64,000 nt of DNA from contig NIVC01000736.1 in assembly GCA_002269645.1 (NCBI GenBank), positions 62,001 through 126,000 of the forward strand, read 5' to 3'. The stretch comes from Macrostomum lignano (taxonomy: Eukaryota). Shown here in pieces: positions 1-14,300 of the stretch (position 1 is its first letter; the number at the start of each line of letters is the position of its first letter). The translations under genes and the position numbers were made by a program. The notes below the pieces were generated by a model, which worked only from the letters and a program-made list of their open reading frames with translations, had not been told where the DNA came from and made no database searches.

Positions 1-950
1 CGCGGACTTCGTGGGATAGCGATAAGTCCGATCTCAGTCAGAGAGGACGGCCGCCGCCGCATAAAACTCGGAGCCGCGCAGCCAGCCCCAGCCGTGAGAC
101 GGAGGGGACACAAAAGAGGCTGAGGCCAAACTCGATTGAATGTCCGGGCCCACGCGGATAGGCATTTGGAAAGTCCTCTCCCAAGAAGGAATTTTATCGG
201 AAATTTGCGCTAGAATTCCCTTCATTCTAGGAGTTTCCATCGCTCAAAGTCCATTTCTCTTCCCGCTCGGCTCCGATGCTGAGCTGCCGCTGTCCCTGGG
301 TAAGAGGAAGGCTGGGCGTCATTAATTAAAAGAGGGAGCCGAGGCTCACGGCCGCTTTGAATCAGTTCTGTCATTCAGGGCACGTGGCAGCGACAGGGCC
401 GAGTTCCCATGGCCGAGCAGAGCCAGGGTCAGCCCGGATCATCGGTCAAGTCTTGAACCCGATCGGTGGCTCGGAGCTTGGATCTCGAATAACCGTCAGT
501 ACAGCAGCTTGAAGCATTAACCCCCGGATTGCTTAATCGACATTTGTTTATAACAAAAATGGGACGCAGTAAAACAAAACTCCACCGCCACGGGACCGAA
601 TATTTGGACTTTTGCGCGACGATTGGAGTTGGGAGGCAGCCGGTCCTGCCGGTGTCCTCCTCGCGCACTTGCTTGCGGCGGTGCGGTTCGGATAAACAAA
701 CTCGCTTGGCGGCGTGAGAAACAGCCGCATCGCAACTTGCTGCCTTCAAGTGGGGCCGCAGAATGAAACACCACCCGATACCCCTCGGAATCTGGGATCC
801 CCATCTGCACCCGATTCCACCGCCCCGCACGCGTCCCCCACCATTTGTGACATCTTCGCGTTTCCGGATCTGCGCTTTTTATCACCTGTTTTTTGGTTAA
901 ACGATTAACTGTGTTTTTCATTAGCGAAAGGTTCCCTGTGTCCCCTGCGA

Positions 951-3328
951 CTGTGTCTGAGTGACTGTGTCTGAGTGACTGTCTGAGTGACTGTGTCTGA
1001 GTGACTGTGTCTGAGTGACTGTCTGAGTGACTGTGTCTAAGTGACTGTGTCTGAGTGACTGTCTGAGTGACTGCGGCTGAGTGACTGTGTCTGAGTGACT
1101 GTATGAGTAACTGTGTTTGAGTGACTGCGGCTGAGTGACTGTGTCTGAGTGACTGTCTGAGTGACTGCGTCTGAGTGACTGTGTCTGAGTGACTGTCTGA
1201 GTGACTGCGGCTGAGTGACTGTGTCTGAGTGACTGTCTGAGTAACTGTGTTTGAGTGACTGTCTGAGTGACTGTGTCTGAGTGACTGTCTGAGTGACTGT
1301 GTCTGAGTGACTGCGGCTGAGTGACTGTGTCTGAGTGACTGTGTCTGAGTGACTGTGTTTGAGTGACTGCGGCTGAGTGACTGTGTCTGAGTGACTGTCT
1401 GAGTAACTGTGTTTGAGTGACTGCGGCTGAGTGACTGTGTCTGAGTGACTGTCTGAGTAACTGTGTTTGAGTGACTGCGGCTGAGTGACTGTGTCTGAGT
1501 GACTGTGTCTGAGTGACTGTGGCTGAGTGATTGTGTCTGAGTGATTGTGTCTGAGTGACTGTCTGAGTGACTGTGTTTGAGTGACTGCGTCTGAGTGACT
1601 GTGTCTGAGTGACTGTCTGAGTAACTGTGTTTGAGTGACTGCGGCTGAGTGACTGTGTCTGAGTGACTGTCTGAGTAACTGTGTTTGAGTGACTGCGGCT
1701 GAGTGACTGTGTCTGAGTGACTGTGTCTGAGTGACTGTGGCTGAGTGATTGTGTCTGAGTGATTGTGTCTGAGTGACTGTCTGAGTGACTGTGTTTGAGT
1801 GACTGCGGCTGAGTGACTGTGTCTGAGTGACTGTCTGAGTGACTGTGTTTGAGTGACTGCGGCTGAGTGACTGTGTTTGAGTGACTGCGGCTGAGTGACT
1901 GTCTGAGTGACTGCGGCTGAGTGACTGTGTCTGAGTGACTGTGGCTGAGTGATTGTGTCTGAGTGACTGTCTGAGTGACTGTGTTTGAGTGACTGCGGCT
2001 GAGTGACTGTGTCTGAGTGACTGCGGCTGAGTGATTGTGTCTGAGTGACTGCGGCTGAGTGATTGTGTCTGAGTGACTGTCTGAGTGACTGTGTTTGAGT
2101 GACTGCGTCTGAGTGACTGTGTCTGAGTGACTGCGGCTGAGTGATTGTGTCTGAGTGACTGCGGCTGAGTGATTGTGTCTGAGTGACTGCGGCTGAGTGA
2201 TTGTGTCTGAGTGACTGTCTGAGTGACTGTGTTTGAGTGACTGCGGCTGAGTGACTGTGTCTGAGTGACTGCGGCTGAGTGACTGTGTCTGAGTGACTGC
2301 GGCTGAGTGATTGTGTCTGAGTGACTGTCTGAGTGACTGTGTTTGAGTGACTGCGGCTGAGTGACTGTGTCTGAGTGACTGCGGCTGAGTGATTGTGTCT
2401 GAGTGACTGTCTGAGTGACTGTTTTTGAGTGACTGCGGCTGAGTGACTGTGTCTGAGTGACTGTCTGAGTGACTGTCTGAGTGACTGTGGCTGAGTGACT
2501 ATGTCTGAGTGACTATCTGAGTGACTGTCTGAGTGACTGTCTGAGTGACTGTGGCTGAGTGACTGCCTGAGTGACTGTAGCTGAGTGCCTGTCTGAGTGA
2601 CTGTGGCTGAGTGACTATGTCTGAGTGACTATCTGAGTGACTGTCTGAGTCACTGTCTGAGTGACTGTGGCTGAGTGACTGTCTGAGTGACTGTCTGAGT
2701 GACTGTGTCTGAGTGACTATCTGAGTGACTGTCTGAGTGACTGTGTTTGAGTGACTGCGGCTGAGTGACTGTCTGAGTGACTGTAGCTGAGTGACTGTCT
2801 GAGTGACTGGCTGAGTGACTGTGTCTGAGTGACTGTCTGAGTGACTGTGGCTGAGTGACTGTGGCTGAGTGACTGTGTCTGAGTGACTGTGTCTGAGTGA
2901 CTGTGGCTGAGTGACTGCGGCTGAGTGACTGTGTCTGAATGACTGTGTCTGAGTGACTGTCTGAGTGACTGTCTGAGTGACTGTGGCTGAGTGACTATGT
3001 CTGAGTGACTATCTGAGTGACTGTCTGAGTGACTGTGTCTGAGTGACTGCGGCTGAGTGACTGTCTGAGTGACTGTGTTTGAGTGACTGCGGCTGAGTGA
3101 CTGTCTGAGTGACTGTGGCTGAGTGACTGTCTGAGTGACTGGCTGAGTGACTGTGTCTGAGTGACTGTCTGAGTGACTGTCTGAGTGACTGTGGCTGAGT
3201 GACTGTGTCTGAGTGACTGTGTCTGAGTGACTGTGGCTGAGTGACTGTCTGAGTGACTGTGGCTGAGTGACTGTGTCTGAATGACTGTGGCTGAGTGACT
3301 GTGGCTGAGTGAGACTGTGTCTGAGTGA
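951..3328. repeat. Minisatellite array, 10-14-bp units (GAGTGACTGT[GT]CT variants), ~2.4 kb
   Basis: Tandem repeat read directly; variant units (GCGGCT, GTGTTT, GATT) recur in larger blocks. ORF 2995..3354 is an artefact of it. Confidence 0.95.
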
Positions 3329-4176
3329 CCGTCTTCTTTCAATGCCTTTTCCATGAAGTCAAACCTGTCTCATTTACTTTACCACACAGCGAAGCAGCTT
3401 CCACTTCATCTTAATTACGATTCTCTGCCGTCCCGGAGCACCTGTAGAATTTTTTCCTTCTAAGTAAATATTTTTCCACAATTCGGGTTTCTCCTCCGAC
3501 CCGAGAGCTCTCCCCCCCCCCTGGCAGCCGGGGCTGGAGCGACAGCGCATCATTTTCAGACCAGCGGCTATCAGCACCAGCTGGACACCCAGGGCGGGGG
3601 CGGGCAGGCCTGGGGATCCGCTGTGCCAGCAGCTTTCTGCGCAGCTGCACCGGGCGCAGAGGATGCAGCAAGCAAAAAATATTTTGGGGGGACACATTTC
3701 CACCGTTGCGCGCTCTGGAACTCTGGGTGGATACTAAAATGGCTTTCTTCTGCTTTCTCTGCAGCACGCAGTTGCTGCTGCTGCTGCTGCTGCGGCTTTA
3801 CGACGCTGTTTATTTGAAAGTTCGAGGCGCCGCGCGCACTCTTTGGGGTTGTTTGGGGAATCGCAAGGCCTGCCAACTCAGCTTGAAGTCCAGACGCTTC
3901 GGCTCGCTGATCCAGACGCGAAACACTCCCGATTTGCGCTCACATTTCTCTTCTTTTCGTTAAACTTTAAGCAAGTTTTATTGAAAACCCGGGCAGTTTT
4001 AACCTAGAATGGCACGGAGCGGAAGCCGTGTGAAGATCGTTGAAGCGAAAGATACATGAAACTCACAGCATTGCCCAGTCTATTGTAGCCCCTGTTAAGG
4101 CCTTTCCTCTCTTAGCTGCTGCTCATTCTGGGTGTTAAAGTGCTGGGGACTAAATAAGGGTGAGCACACTTTTGCA

Positions 4177-4399
<223 letters not shown>

Positions 4400-4852
4400 T
4401 TTGTGAAGGCCTGTGCTATAATCTTTGATCGCCACTCAGAAGCTCCTAGCGGAATCCGCAAACAGCCGAGTCCCCGACGGTCGGGGATGCCGCCGGGATC
4501 CGGGGTCACGCATAATTGCTGTCCCAGTTCTTCCCAGCGGAGCTTGAAGCTCCGCGATCGCCCCAAGCCCCACTCAATCACGGCATCGCTTCTTCGGCCG
4601 TTTGTTTGCCCCCTCCGGCTGATGTTTTCTTTTTCGGGGTCAGCTGAGGTTGCCTGGGGCTGCGGGAGCTGAGGAGGCTGCAGTCGAATTCTAAGCGTCT
4701 GCCAAAGTCTCAGAGGCCAGCGAAGAACTCAGCAGTGTGTGGGGCAATGTGCACTTGATGACTGAATTTCCAGCCTTAACTTTATAAAACTGAACTTTAA
4801 CTGTGAATATGACTGAAAACTGACTTGTGATTAAAATTACTGCTTATCTTTA

Positions 4853-5190
4853 GACACATTGTAAAGTGCTGCTTATCTATAGACATAATAGACACAATGT
4901 ACAGTGCTAGTCATCTATGGACACAATGTGCTGGTTATCTATAGACGCAATGTACAGTGCTAGTCATCTATGGACACAATGTACAGTGCTGGTTATCTAT
5001 AGACGCAATGTACAGTGCTAGTCATCTATGGACACAATGTGCTGGTTATCTATAGACGCAATGTACAGTGCTAGTCATCTATGGACACAATGTACAGTGC
5101 TGGTTATCTATAGACGCAATGTACAGTGCTGGTTATCTATAGACGCAATGTACAGTGCTGGTTATCTATAGACGCAATGTACAGTGCTGG
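4853..5190. repeat. Minisatellite, ~22-29-bp units (CTATAGACGCAATGTACAGTGCTGGTTAT)
   Basis: Tandem copies with alternating variants, read directly. Confidence 0.85.
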
Positions 5191-5324
5191 TTATCAGCAT
5201 GATTCATAACACAAGCAAACCAAATCCAAGCCGAAAGCAGGACATAAAGAATCAAAATTTCAACGATTCGCATTCTGAAGCAAATGAAGGTACATTTGAA
5301 TGTCAAGCTGTCACCGGCCCGCAG

Positions 5325-8300
5325 GTACTCCTACCAGTTCGGCTGGATGAACAACAAAAAGTTCATCAAGCAGCTGCAGAAGGACAACATTGACTTGGCC
5401 ATCCTGCAGAGCGAAATCGGCTCCGTGAATACGAAGCGGAGAAAAAAGTCGTGAGTGATTTCTTACCGCTGCTGTTGCTTGAGCTGAAATCCATTGTATT
5501 AGCTAATCCATGATTGGCTAGATTAGCAATCCATTGTATTAGCTAATCGATGATTGGCTAGATTAGCAATCCATTGTATTAGCTAATCCATGATTGGCTA
5601 GATTAGCAATCCATTGTATTAGCTAATCCATGATTGGCTAGATTAGCGATCTATTGTATTAGCTAATCCATGGTTGGCTAGATTAGCAATCCATTGTATT
5701 AGCTAATCCATGATTGGCTAGATTAGCAATCCATTGTATTAGCTAATCCATGATTGGCTAGATTAGCAATCCATTGTATTAGCAAATCCATGATTGGCTA
5801 GATTAGCAATCCATTGTATTAGCAAATCCATGATTGGCTAGATTAGCAATCCATTGTATTAGCAAATCCATGATTGGCTAGATTAGCAATCCATTGTATT
5901 AGCAAATCCATGATTGGCTAGATTAGCAATCCATTGTATTAGCTAATCGATGATTGGCTAGATTAGCAATCCAATGTATTAGCTAATCCATGATTGGCTA
6001 GATTAGCAATCCATTGTATTAGCAATCCATGATTGGCTAGATTAGCAATCCATTGTATTAGCAAATCCATGATTGGCTAGATTAGCAATCCATTGTATTA
6101 GCAAATCCATGATTGGCTAGATTAGCAATCCATTGTATTAGCTAATCCATGATTGGCTAGATTAGCAATCCATTGTATTAGCAAATCCATGATTGGCTAG
6201 ATTAGCAATCCATTGTATTAGCAAATCCATGATTGGCTAGATTAGCAATCCATTGTATTAGCTAATCCATGATTGGCTAGATTAGCAATCCATTGTATTA
6301 GCAAATCCATGATTGGCTAGATTAGCAATCCATTGTATTAGCAAATCCATGGTTGGCTAGATTAGCAATCCAATGTATTAGCTAATCCATGATTGGCTAG
6401 ATTAGCAATCCATTGTATTAGCTAATCCATGATTGGCTAGATTAGCAATCCATTGTATTAGCAAATCCATGGTTGGCTAGATTAGCAATCCAATTGCGAA
6501 CAGGCAGCAGCTGCAGGCCCAATATCCCTCATCGATTTGAGGCGGCGTCCCGGCGGGCCAGTTGACAGACAGCCGGTTTGCAGTTTAAAAATAATGGCAC
6601 AGAAACTGAAAGCCTTCAAGACAAGGGGAGATCCGTCTCGGATCCCCGGGGACAGAGAATGATCGACTGGAGCAGATTATGAGTCGCAGGGGCCGGCCTT
6701 TCAGATCCCGGCAGCGGGATAGAGGCGCTGGTAATTAGCTTAGTCTGCAGCGGCAATCGACAGCTAATCTTCTTAAAGCTCAAACTTGTCCCAAAACAAA
6801 CTTTCCCCCTCCATGTGCAGCCCAGTAATCCCCGGAATCGATATCCCTTGGCGTGTTGCAGAGGGCAGCCGGTTTTGGTTACAGAAAAATATTGTATTTT
6901 AGATTTCTAACATATTGCACTACTGACAGTAGGAAAAAGCTAAATTTTCTATGCGTGTTTTGCAAATGGATAGAGTTTGAAGGATGAAATTGTTTATTCA
7001 TTTTTCCTTTGACTCTTTAATGCTTCTGTTGCGTATTCTGCAGCACGCGTAAAATTGGGTTTGTTAATCATGAATGAATTGGATAAAATGGATTGCTAGT
7101 CTAGCCAAAGCACTGAATTAATATAGAAACAGAATGGATTGCTAATCTAGCCAATCATGAATGAAGGAATAGAATTGAATTGCTAATCTAGCTAATCAGT
7201 TATGAATTGGATAAAATGGATTGCTAATCTAGCCAACGTCAAGGATGAATAAAAGAAGTGGATTGCTAAAATGGTGTACTTTTAAAACACATTATTCGGC
7301 TACTGAGCGGATCGGCCGTCTACCAATTGATCGAATTTCGAGCTCGTATGGCAAGGCAGCTAAAAATATCCCATAGCAACCGGAAGGCGGCAGTTCCGCC
7401 CAGCTTTTTAATTCGCGATCGAAGCCTCCCCTGCCGGAGTTTCCCCTGCCAAACCTTTTGTTTTAATCCTGGATTTTCCGTCCGCTCGCCTTTGTGCTCA
7501 AAAGAGGAATCGGCTGCTTTTTTATCGGCCTTTGTGCCCGGGACAATGCGTGTGCGATAATAATAATCATAATCCAATACAATAAACTCACTTTCACTCT
7601 CCCTATCTGAGCAGTGACCTCACAGCTGCTTGTGCTTTTTATTGCCTTTCCTTCATCACTTCTTCTGAATATAAAGGGCGGTGACTGTGAGCAGCTCACT
7701 TGCCGAGCTCGCTTTCGCAAAGGGATCAATCAATGATTGGGGAGCGGGGAAAACCCGCCTCTTTGTCCTCCCTGCCCCCTCCTCCGCAGTAGCAGAATGA
7801 ACAAAAATGCCCCCCCCCACCGCGTCTGTTGCGCGCAAACTGGAAAATTCCATGCCAAAAACAGCCGCCGCCGCCCCAGACTCCGCCTCCGGAGCTCCCT
7901 GCTCGAGTCCTCGTTTCCGTGACAACGCCGCCTCGTCTTCGCTACCTTCGCTGCTAGCTGGGAATTCCCAGGAATCCAGGGGCACACAGAGAGGCCGCCT
8001 CTCCAGCTCCCCCCCTCCCGGAGCCTTTGATGCCTTGATGGAGACGCGAGCTGTCACAGAGCGGCCGCACTTAGTCTGAGTTCGAGACTCTCCCGAGAGC
8101 CGGGGGAACCCAGCGGTAATTAGTCTGGGAAGCTGGCCTGACCTTAGTTCTGCTCCCTCAGGCCTTTCTCTCAGTTCGGCACAATCTCGAGCTAAAAGAG
8201 GACAAATCTGTGTCTGAGTTAAAAAATTGACCACTGAATGTCGCAATTGAGGGATTTAAATACCAAATCCTTTCGATCGAAAGCACCAAATAAAGCGACT

Positions 8301-11300
8301 TGGATTCAAAAGCTATCGAAGCGGTTTAACAAACAACCTATTTTAATCAACAAGCAGCTCATGGTCCCTTCCCTGCTCAAGCCTCCGTCTGGAACTCCTC
8401 AGCTGAGCATCCAATCTCACTGGGCCAATGGGAGCAGGCATTCCGGACAACTCGCTCCCTGCCTTCCCTGATGCTCTCCGCGGGTTGGCACCGGCTGAGG
8501 CTGAAAGGGGGGGGGGGTTGGGAATTGCTTGACCCGGATCAAAAGAGTCCGACTACTGAGCAGTGCGGCCTTCCTAAGACTCGGCCTTATCTGAGCTGAC
8601 AAACTTGGACCCCGAAGGATTTAGAAGCATCGAAAAGCAGGAGAAGCAGACAGAAGCAGACAGAAGCAGACAGAAGCAGACAGAAGCAGACAGAAGCAGA
8701 CAGAAGCAGACAGAAGCAGACAGAAGCAGACAGAAGCAGACAGAAGCAGACAGAAGCAGACAGAAGCAGACAGAAGCAGACAGAAGCAGACAGAAGCAGA
8801 CAGAAGCAGACAGAAGCAGACAGAAGCAGACAGAAGCAGACAGAAGCAGACAGAAGCAGACAGAAGCAGACAGAAGCAGACAGAAGCAGACAGAAGCAGA
8901 CAGAAGCAGACAGAAGCAGACAGAAGCAGACAGAAGCAGACAGAAGCAGACAGAAGCAGACAGAAGCAGACAGAAGCAGACAGAAGCAGACAGAAGCAGA
9001 CAGAAGCAGACAGAAGCAGACAGAAGCAGACAGAAGCAGACAGAAGCAGACAGAAGCAGACAGAAGCAGACAGAAGCAGACAGAAGCAGACAGAAGCAGA
9101 CAGAAGCAGACAGAAGCAGACAGAAGCAGACAGAAGCAGACAGAAGCAGACAGAAGCAGACAGAAGCAGACAGAAGCAGACAGAAGCAGACAGAAGCAGA
9201 CAGAAGCAGACAGAAGCAGACAGAAGCAGACAGAAGCAGACAGAAGCAGACAGAAGCAGACAGAAGCAGTCAAGCTGCCTCGGTTTGGGCGCAGCCGCTA
9301 TCGCCACCGGTCATCCGGTGACGAATCCGATGAATGCGACGACGGAGGAGCCCTTGGCGGCGGGCCACCAGCCAGGCCGCCGCTGCTGTTTGCCGCCGCC
9401 TCCTCCTCGTCAGCTTCATCGTCGCTGCTCAGCCTCCTGTCGCCGACGTTGCCGTCCACGCCTCGGTCGGCGGCGGCAGCTGCAACGGCGGCGGCAAATG
9501 GCGACGCCAGCGGAAGCCTCAGGCGCTCCTCCCGCCACCGGCATTTCAGATGGAAGGAGCGGCTGCTGTACGCAATCCGGTCCAACGTAGTGCAGATCAT
9601 CCTGTGCGCCTTCGTGCTCATCGACGCCGTCATTGTGATCGCCGAGATCATCCTGGAGATCAAGGCCATCACCAGTAAGTAGCCAGGACTATAGGTGCCG
9701 TCTGTGGGGTGTCAGGATATGCTGAGTGCCTGACTGTGGGCTGTCAGGATTTGCTCAGTGCCTGACTGTGGGCTGTCAGGATATGCTGAGTGCCTGGCTG
9801 TGGGCTGTCAGGATTTGCTCAGTGCCTGACTGTGGGCTGTCAGGATATGCTGAGTGCCTGGCTGTGGGCTGTCAGGATTTGCTCAGTGCCTGACTGTGGG
9901 CTGTCAGGATATGCTGAGTGCCTGGCTGTGGGCTGTCAGGATTTGCTCAGTGCCTGACTGTGGGCTGTCAGGATATGCTGAGTGCCTGCCTGTGGGCTGT
10001 CAGGATTTGCTCAGTGCCTGGCTGTGGGCTGTCAGGATTTGCTCAGTGCCTGGCTGTGGGCTGTCAGGATTTGCTCAGTGCCTGGCTGTGGGCTGTCAGG
10101 ATTTGCTCAGTGCCTGGCTGTGGGCTGTCAGGATTTGCTCAGTGCCTGACTGTGGGCTGTCAGGATTTGCTCAGTGCCTGGCTGTGGGCTGTCAGGATTT
10201 GCTCAGTGCCTGGCTGTGGGCTGTCAGGATTTGCTCAGTGCCTGGCTGTGGGCTGTCAGGATTTGCTCAGTGCCTGGCTGTGGGCTGTCAGGATTTGCTC
10301 AGTGCCTGGCTGTGGGCTGTCAGGATTTGCTCAGTGCCTGGCTGTGGGCTGTCAGGATTTGCTCAGTGCCTGGCTGTGGGCTGTCAGGATTTGCTCAGTG
10401 CCTGGCTGTGGGCTGTCAGGATTTGCTCAGTGCCTGGCTGTGGGCTGTCAGGATTTGCTCAGTGCCTGGCTGTGGGCTGTCAGGATATGCTGGGTGGGGT
10501 TTATTCTCCGATTGAAGCCTCCATATTTATTCATCCATCGTTCCTGGAGTCCGATGCATCCATCCGGGATGCACACCGCATCCAGGTTTAATCTGCATGG
10601 GTTTGTGGAAATCTTTGGAATTTGAGATTTACCTGAAAGGGGCTTAGGAAGATGATGGAAGAGGCTGCAAGGACGGAATATTCGAAAATGGCCGAATAGC
10701 GGAGAATTTTGTTGATGATGGAAACTGCTTACGCAGTTTAGGGATTTTCTAAAGGGTTCTCGGAATCTCAGGAATTTAAGCTCAATGCTGTTGATTTTAG
10801 TTATCCCAAAGGATTAGTCAGGGATGAAGACATGTAGAAAACAGATGAGAGTTAGCAGAGCTGAAGCTCGAGTCCATGTGGCTGTGTAACCAATGGATTG
10901 TGGCACCGAGCACTGCATCCCGATACGAGCTATCAGTTGATGCAAAAAACCCTATGGTAGGAGACTCCAATCGGAAATGGAGCTGCTATCCTAGGGATCC
11001 ACCCAAAGCGAGTCGGTCACTTTGTCTCGATGCTATTTCGCTGGGTCGGTTTCACAACTCCAAACTTCTCAAGCTCAAAATTGCCTGAATCCGAAACACC
11101 GGCGCCTCACAAATTTGCGAATTGCAGGCGAGAAGCAGGAGCTCGAGGACGCCTTCGTGCAGACTGCCGGATTCGTCAATCGAACATTCGCCAAGCAGCT
11201 CGGCGAGCGAGGCCTCCTGCTGCCGGCCTTCAGTCCGGAGCTGACGTCGTCGCCTCAGTTTGCCGAGCGCCTGGTGACCAACATGGCCGACGTGCTCCTG

Positions 11301-14300
11301 ACGCTGAGTCAGAACTCCAGCATCTCATGCAACGTGACCTCCTCGGTGGCTGGCGGGCAGCCCGGAGCGAGCTCGCCCAGTCCGTCGGTAGCCGGGTCCC
11401 ACCAGCCGCGGTTGCGTCGACACGTCGCCAGCGACGCCGGCGCCGCCGCCTGGGGTGACACCAACCGGTCGTATTCGTCGGCGACTTCGGCGTTCGCCAA
11501 CTTCCAGCAGGAGTTCAGCCACGCCAAGGTACTGCACGACGTCTCAGCCGTGCTGCACTTCGTCAGCATTGGGATTCTCGGCCTGTTCGTCCTCGAGGTG
11601 GCGCTGAAAATTGTCTGCCTCGGTCGGAACTTTGTGCGAGAGAAGTTCGAGGTGAGTAGATAATTGTACAATGGAATCTGAATCAGACTTGTGTCTTGCA
11701 AAATTGATAGCTCAAATTCTCAGTACTCGCTTTGACATTGAGTTCGTCGAAGAAGGGCATCTAAAAGATTAGTTGAACTTGGACTTCGAGTTTGAAGCTG
11801 CAGGTAAAATCAAAGGCTCCGCAGGCGCACTGCTTAGTGTGTAATTAATTTCCAAACTGCAAGGTTGACTCCTGCTGCCCTTATTAACAAGATGTCAGAA
11901 AGAGAAACTGAGACAACTATCCAGGTGCCACTGAACCGAAGAAGCATAAAAAATAGATTAAAAAAACGCCTTGAAAATATGCTGTCGAAAAATATTATTG
12001 TCCATTTCGTACCTGAAAGCCGTCAGCAGCACGCGTTCCAACTCGCATGGACTGTCTATTTTGGTCCAGAAGGGCTTCGAAGCCGTTGCAGTGAATTAAT
12101 AAGCGGCCTGACAAACCGAACATATTCCCATCCAGCCAACCCCTTGCCTACGCGGATTCAGGCCGCAAAAACAGGCCTCCAATTTCACTACGAGGAAACT
12201 CGAGCCGACTTCAAAGCCAGCAATATTGACTAATATTAGAGGCGGAGGAAATGTTTTCAAAGGTATTTGCATCATGATTTTCGAATTAGGAAATCTGCTT
12301 TCGACGGCAAGTTTGATAACCGGAGGCCGCTCGTCACCCGGGGTGTATTTGTGCCCTCGCGAATGCGCACCGATAACCGGTCCATCTGCGAATGGAGCAC
12401 GTCTGAGTCATTATCGACGATAAAAACAGCTCAAGTGACTCTTTTTAGATCAAAGGGTAGCTTTTGGAAACTGGGTGTCAGCCAGAAAGCAGTAGACGAA
12501 ACGCCGAGTGCCCGTCTGACTTCGCCCAAGAGGTCAATATCAGGGTCCAGAACAGGAGATCGTGTTCAGATTCACTCGGTGCTTCACAGAATTTCAATAC
12601 GTCCTGCTCTTGCGACGTCCACTAGATTGATGCTGCAAGTTCGTGTATTATTATCTTCTACCTACAAAAATTTGGAACAAAAATATTAACAGTACGCTCG
12701 TACACTTAGACAAGGGTTCACAAATTAACAGTGGGACCGAATGAACACTCGAGAGTTAAGCCACCGATCGAGCCCAACCATGGCAATTCCGATAACGCAA
12801 AAGTTGGAAACCATTCGATGCTTAATTTCGTCGAGGCTCATTCTTCAATAAAATGAATGCTTCAGTGCACAAACAGTTAAGTGCGAATTTCCAGGATCTG
12901 AAAAGATCTTCCACACAGATACTTCGAATCAGCCAGCTCAATGAAGCTGCAAAGAGCGCCCTTCGATTCGCACGGAAACTGAAGCTACATTAATGCGAGC
13001 CTTGCTGTTGCACAGCGCGCTGTACAAAGCACTGCACAAATGCGCTCTTTCCTGGTCGGTAATCCGCCGGGACCGAGACAGCCAGATCTGGGATGAGTCA
13101 ATCAATTATTGCGCAGTAGGATGAGGCGCGGAGAAGACGCTGGCAGTGCAGGAACAGGGACGCCCTGTCTGGAATTTGACTCGGGCCCAGCGGCCAGGGG
13201 ACTGGCATGCTGATGAAATATTCACCAGGCAGGACATTCTTGTTCCGCATTTCTCGGCTCGGCTGCGAACTTTAGGCGCACAACCGAGGCGGCTGCGTCT
13301 TTTGCGCACTTTGCCGTTAGATACATTTTAAGAGTTTATCTTTTCCTGATGGTTTCGAGCCCACAAGGAAACGAGATTTTGCGAATTGGGAAGGGAGTCT
13401 TGTAATTCAGTCCATTGAGAGGGCGTCATTTTATAAGGAGAAATTCGAAATGTCTAGTTTTTTTCACACAAGAGATGAAATTCGTTAAACAACAACTAAA
13501 AGCTCAATGCGTTGTTGTTCAAGTCCTTATTGAGAGCAGCGGCACCGGGTTTATCTCTGGGCCTGGACACAAACGTAAGCCGTGCAACCGACCGAATCCG
13601 GGGCGCCGGCATCAGCCAGCAGGCAGTCGACGAAACGCCGAGTGCGCTTCGGTAGGGTGCCTGCAGCGTTAGCAGCAGCACTTCCTGCACCGTCTGTGGA
13701 CACTGCGACTGTGGACACTGCTGATGAGGTGACCTTTCAATTGGAATCGCCGACAGCGCAACAGGTCCCTTGGACGGACCAGCCTGGCATGACGATAGAG
13801 TGCTATCGCTGGGCGTCCTCAACGGCTGAGGACAGGAGGGGCGATATTGGCGTCAATCCGCGTTCTCCCTGGAGCATCCCAGAGGACGTCTTGAAGAAGT
13901 CTGATAGGCCGTCCGATGTCGAAACAGCAGCTTTCGAGTATCGCCATGATGGTAGAGACAGACCAGCCGCTCCGACACATTGACGCTCGGAGCTCCATTG
14001 ACCTGGCGATTGTGTGAAATGCCTTCTTGAAATACTTGAATCGACTGGCGTATCTTGCAGAACTCTTCTGAACTTTCTTTGAAACAAAACACAATAAAAA
14101 TTAAGGAGGTACATTAGGGAGACCCCCAGAAACTTGCGAATATCTAAAGCAATGCATGCAGTTCTGGTTACTAGAAAACTAGATGAACTTCTCTGCAGTA
14201 CAGAGAAAACTTGTTATCAACTTCTCCTGTGTTTGCAAAGTGTGCCTAAGATCTCAAACAGGTAATTTTGCGGATCAACGCGCGGGCTTATAATTAATCG

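Noticed and set aside
1-930. ORFs at the window start and at 3374-3963
   Set aside because: No domain similarity or supportable exon structure; may include the unresolved Hv 5' region.
7300-8600. GC-rich intronic island with TATAAAGGGCGG and a 90-aa ORF (alternative Hv promoter?)
   Set aside because: No convincing donor in the right phase; cannot be supported without TSS data.
11865-13330. Coding-like sequence on both strands inside an Hv intron
   Set aside because: Short open stretches only; no recognisable motif or consistent splice chain.
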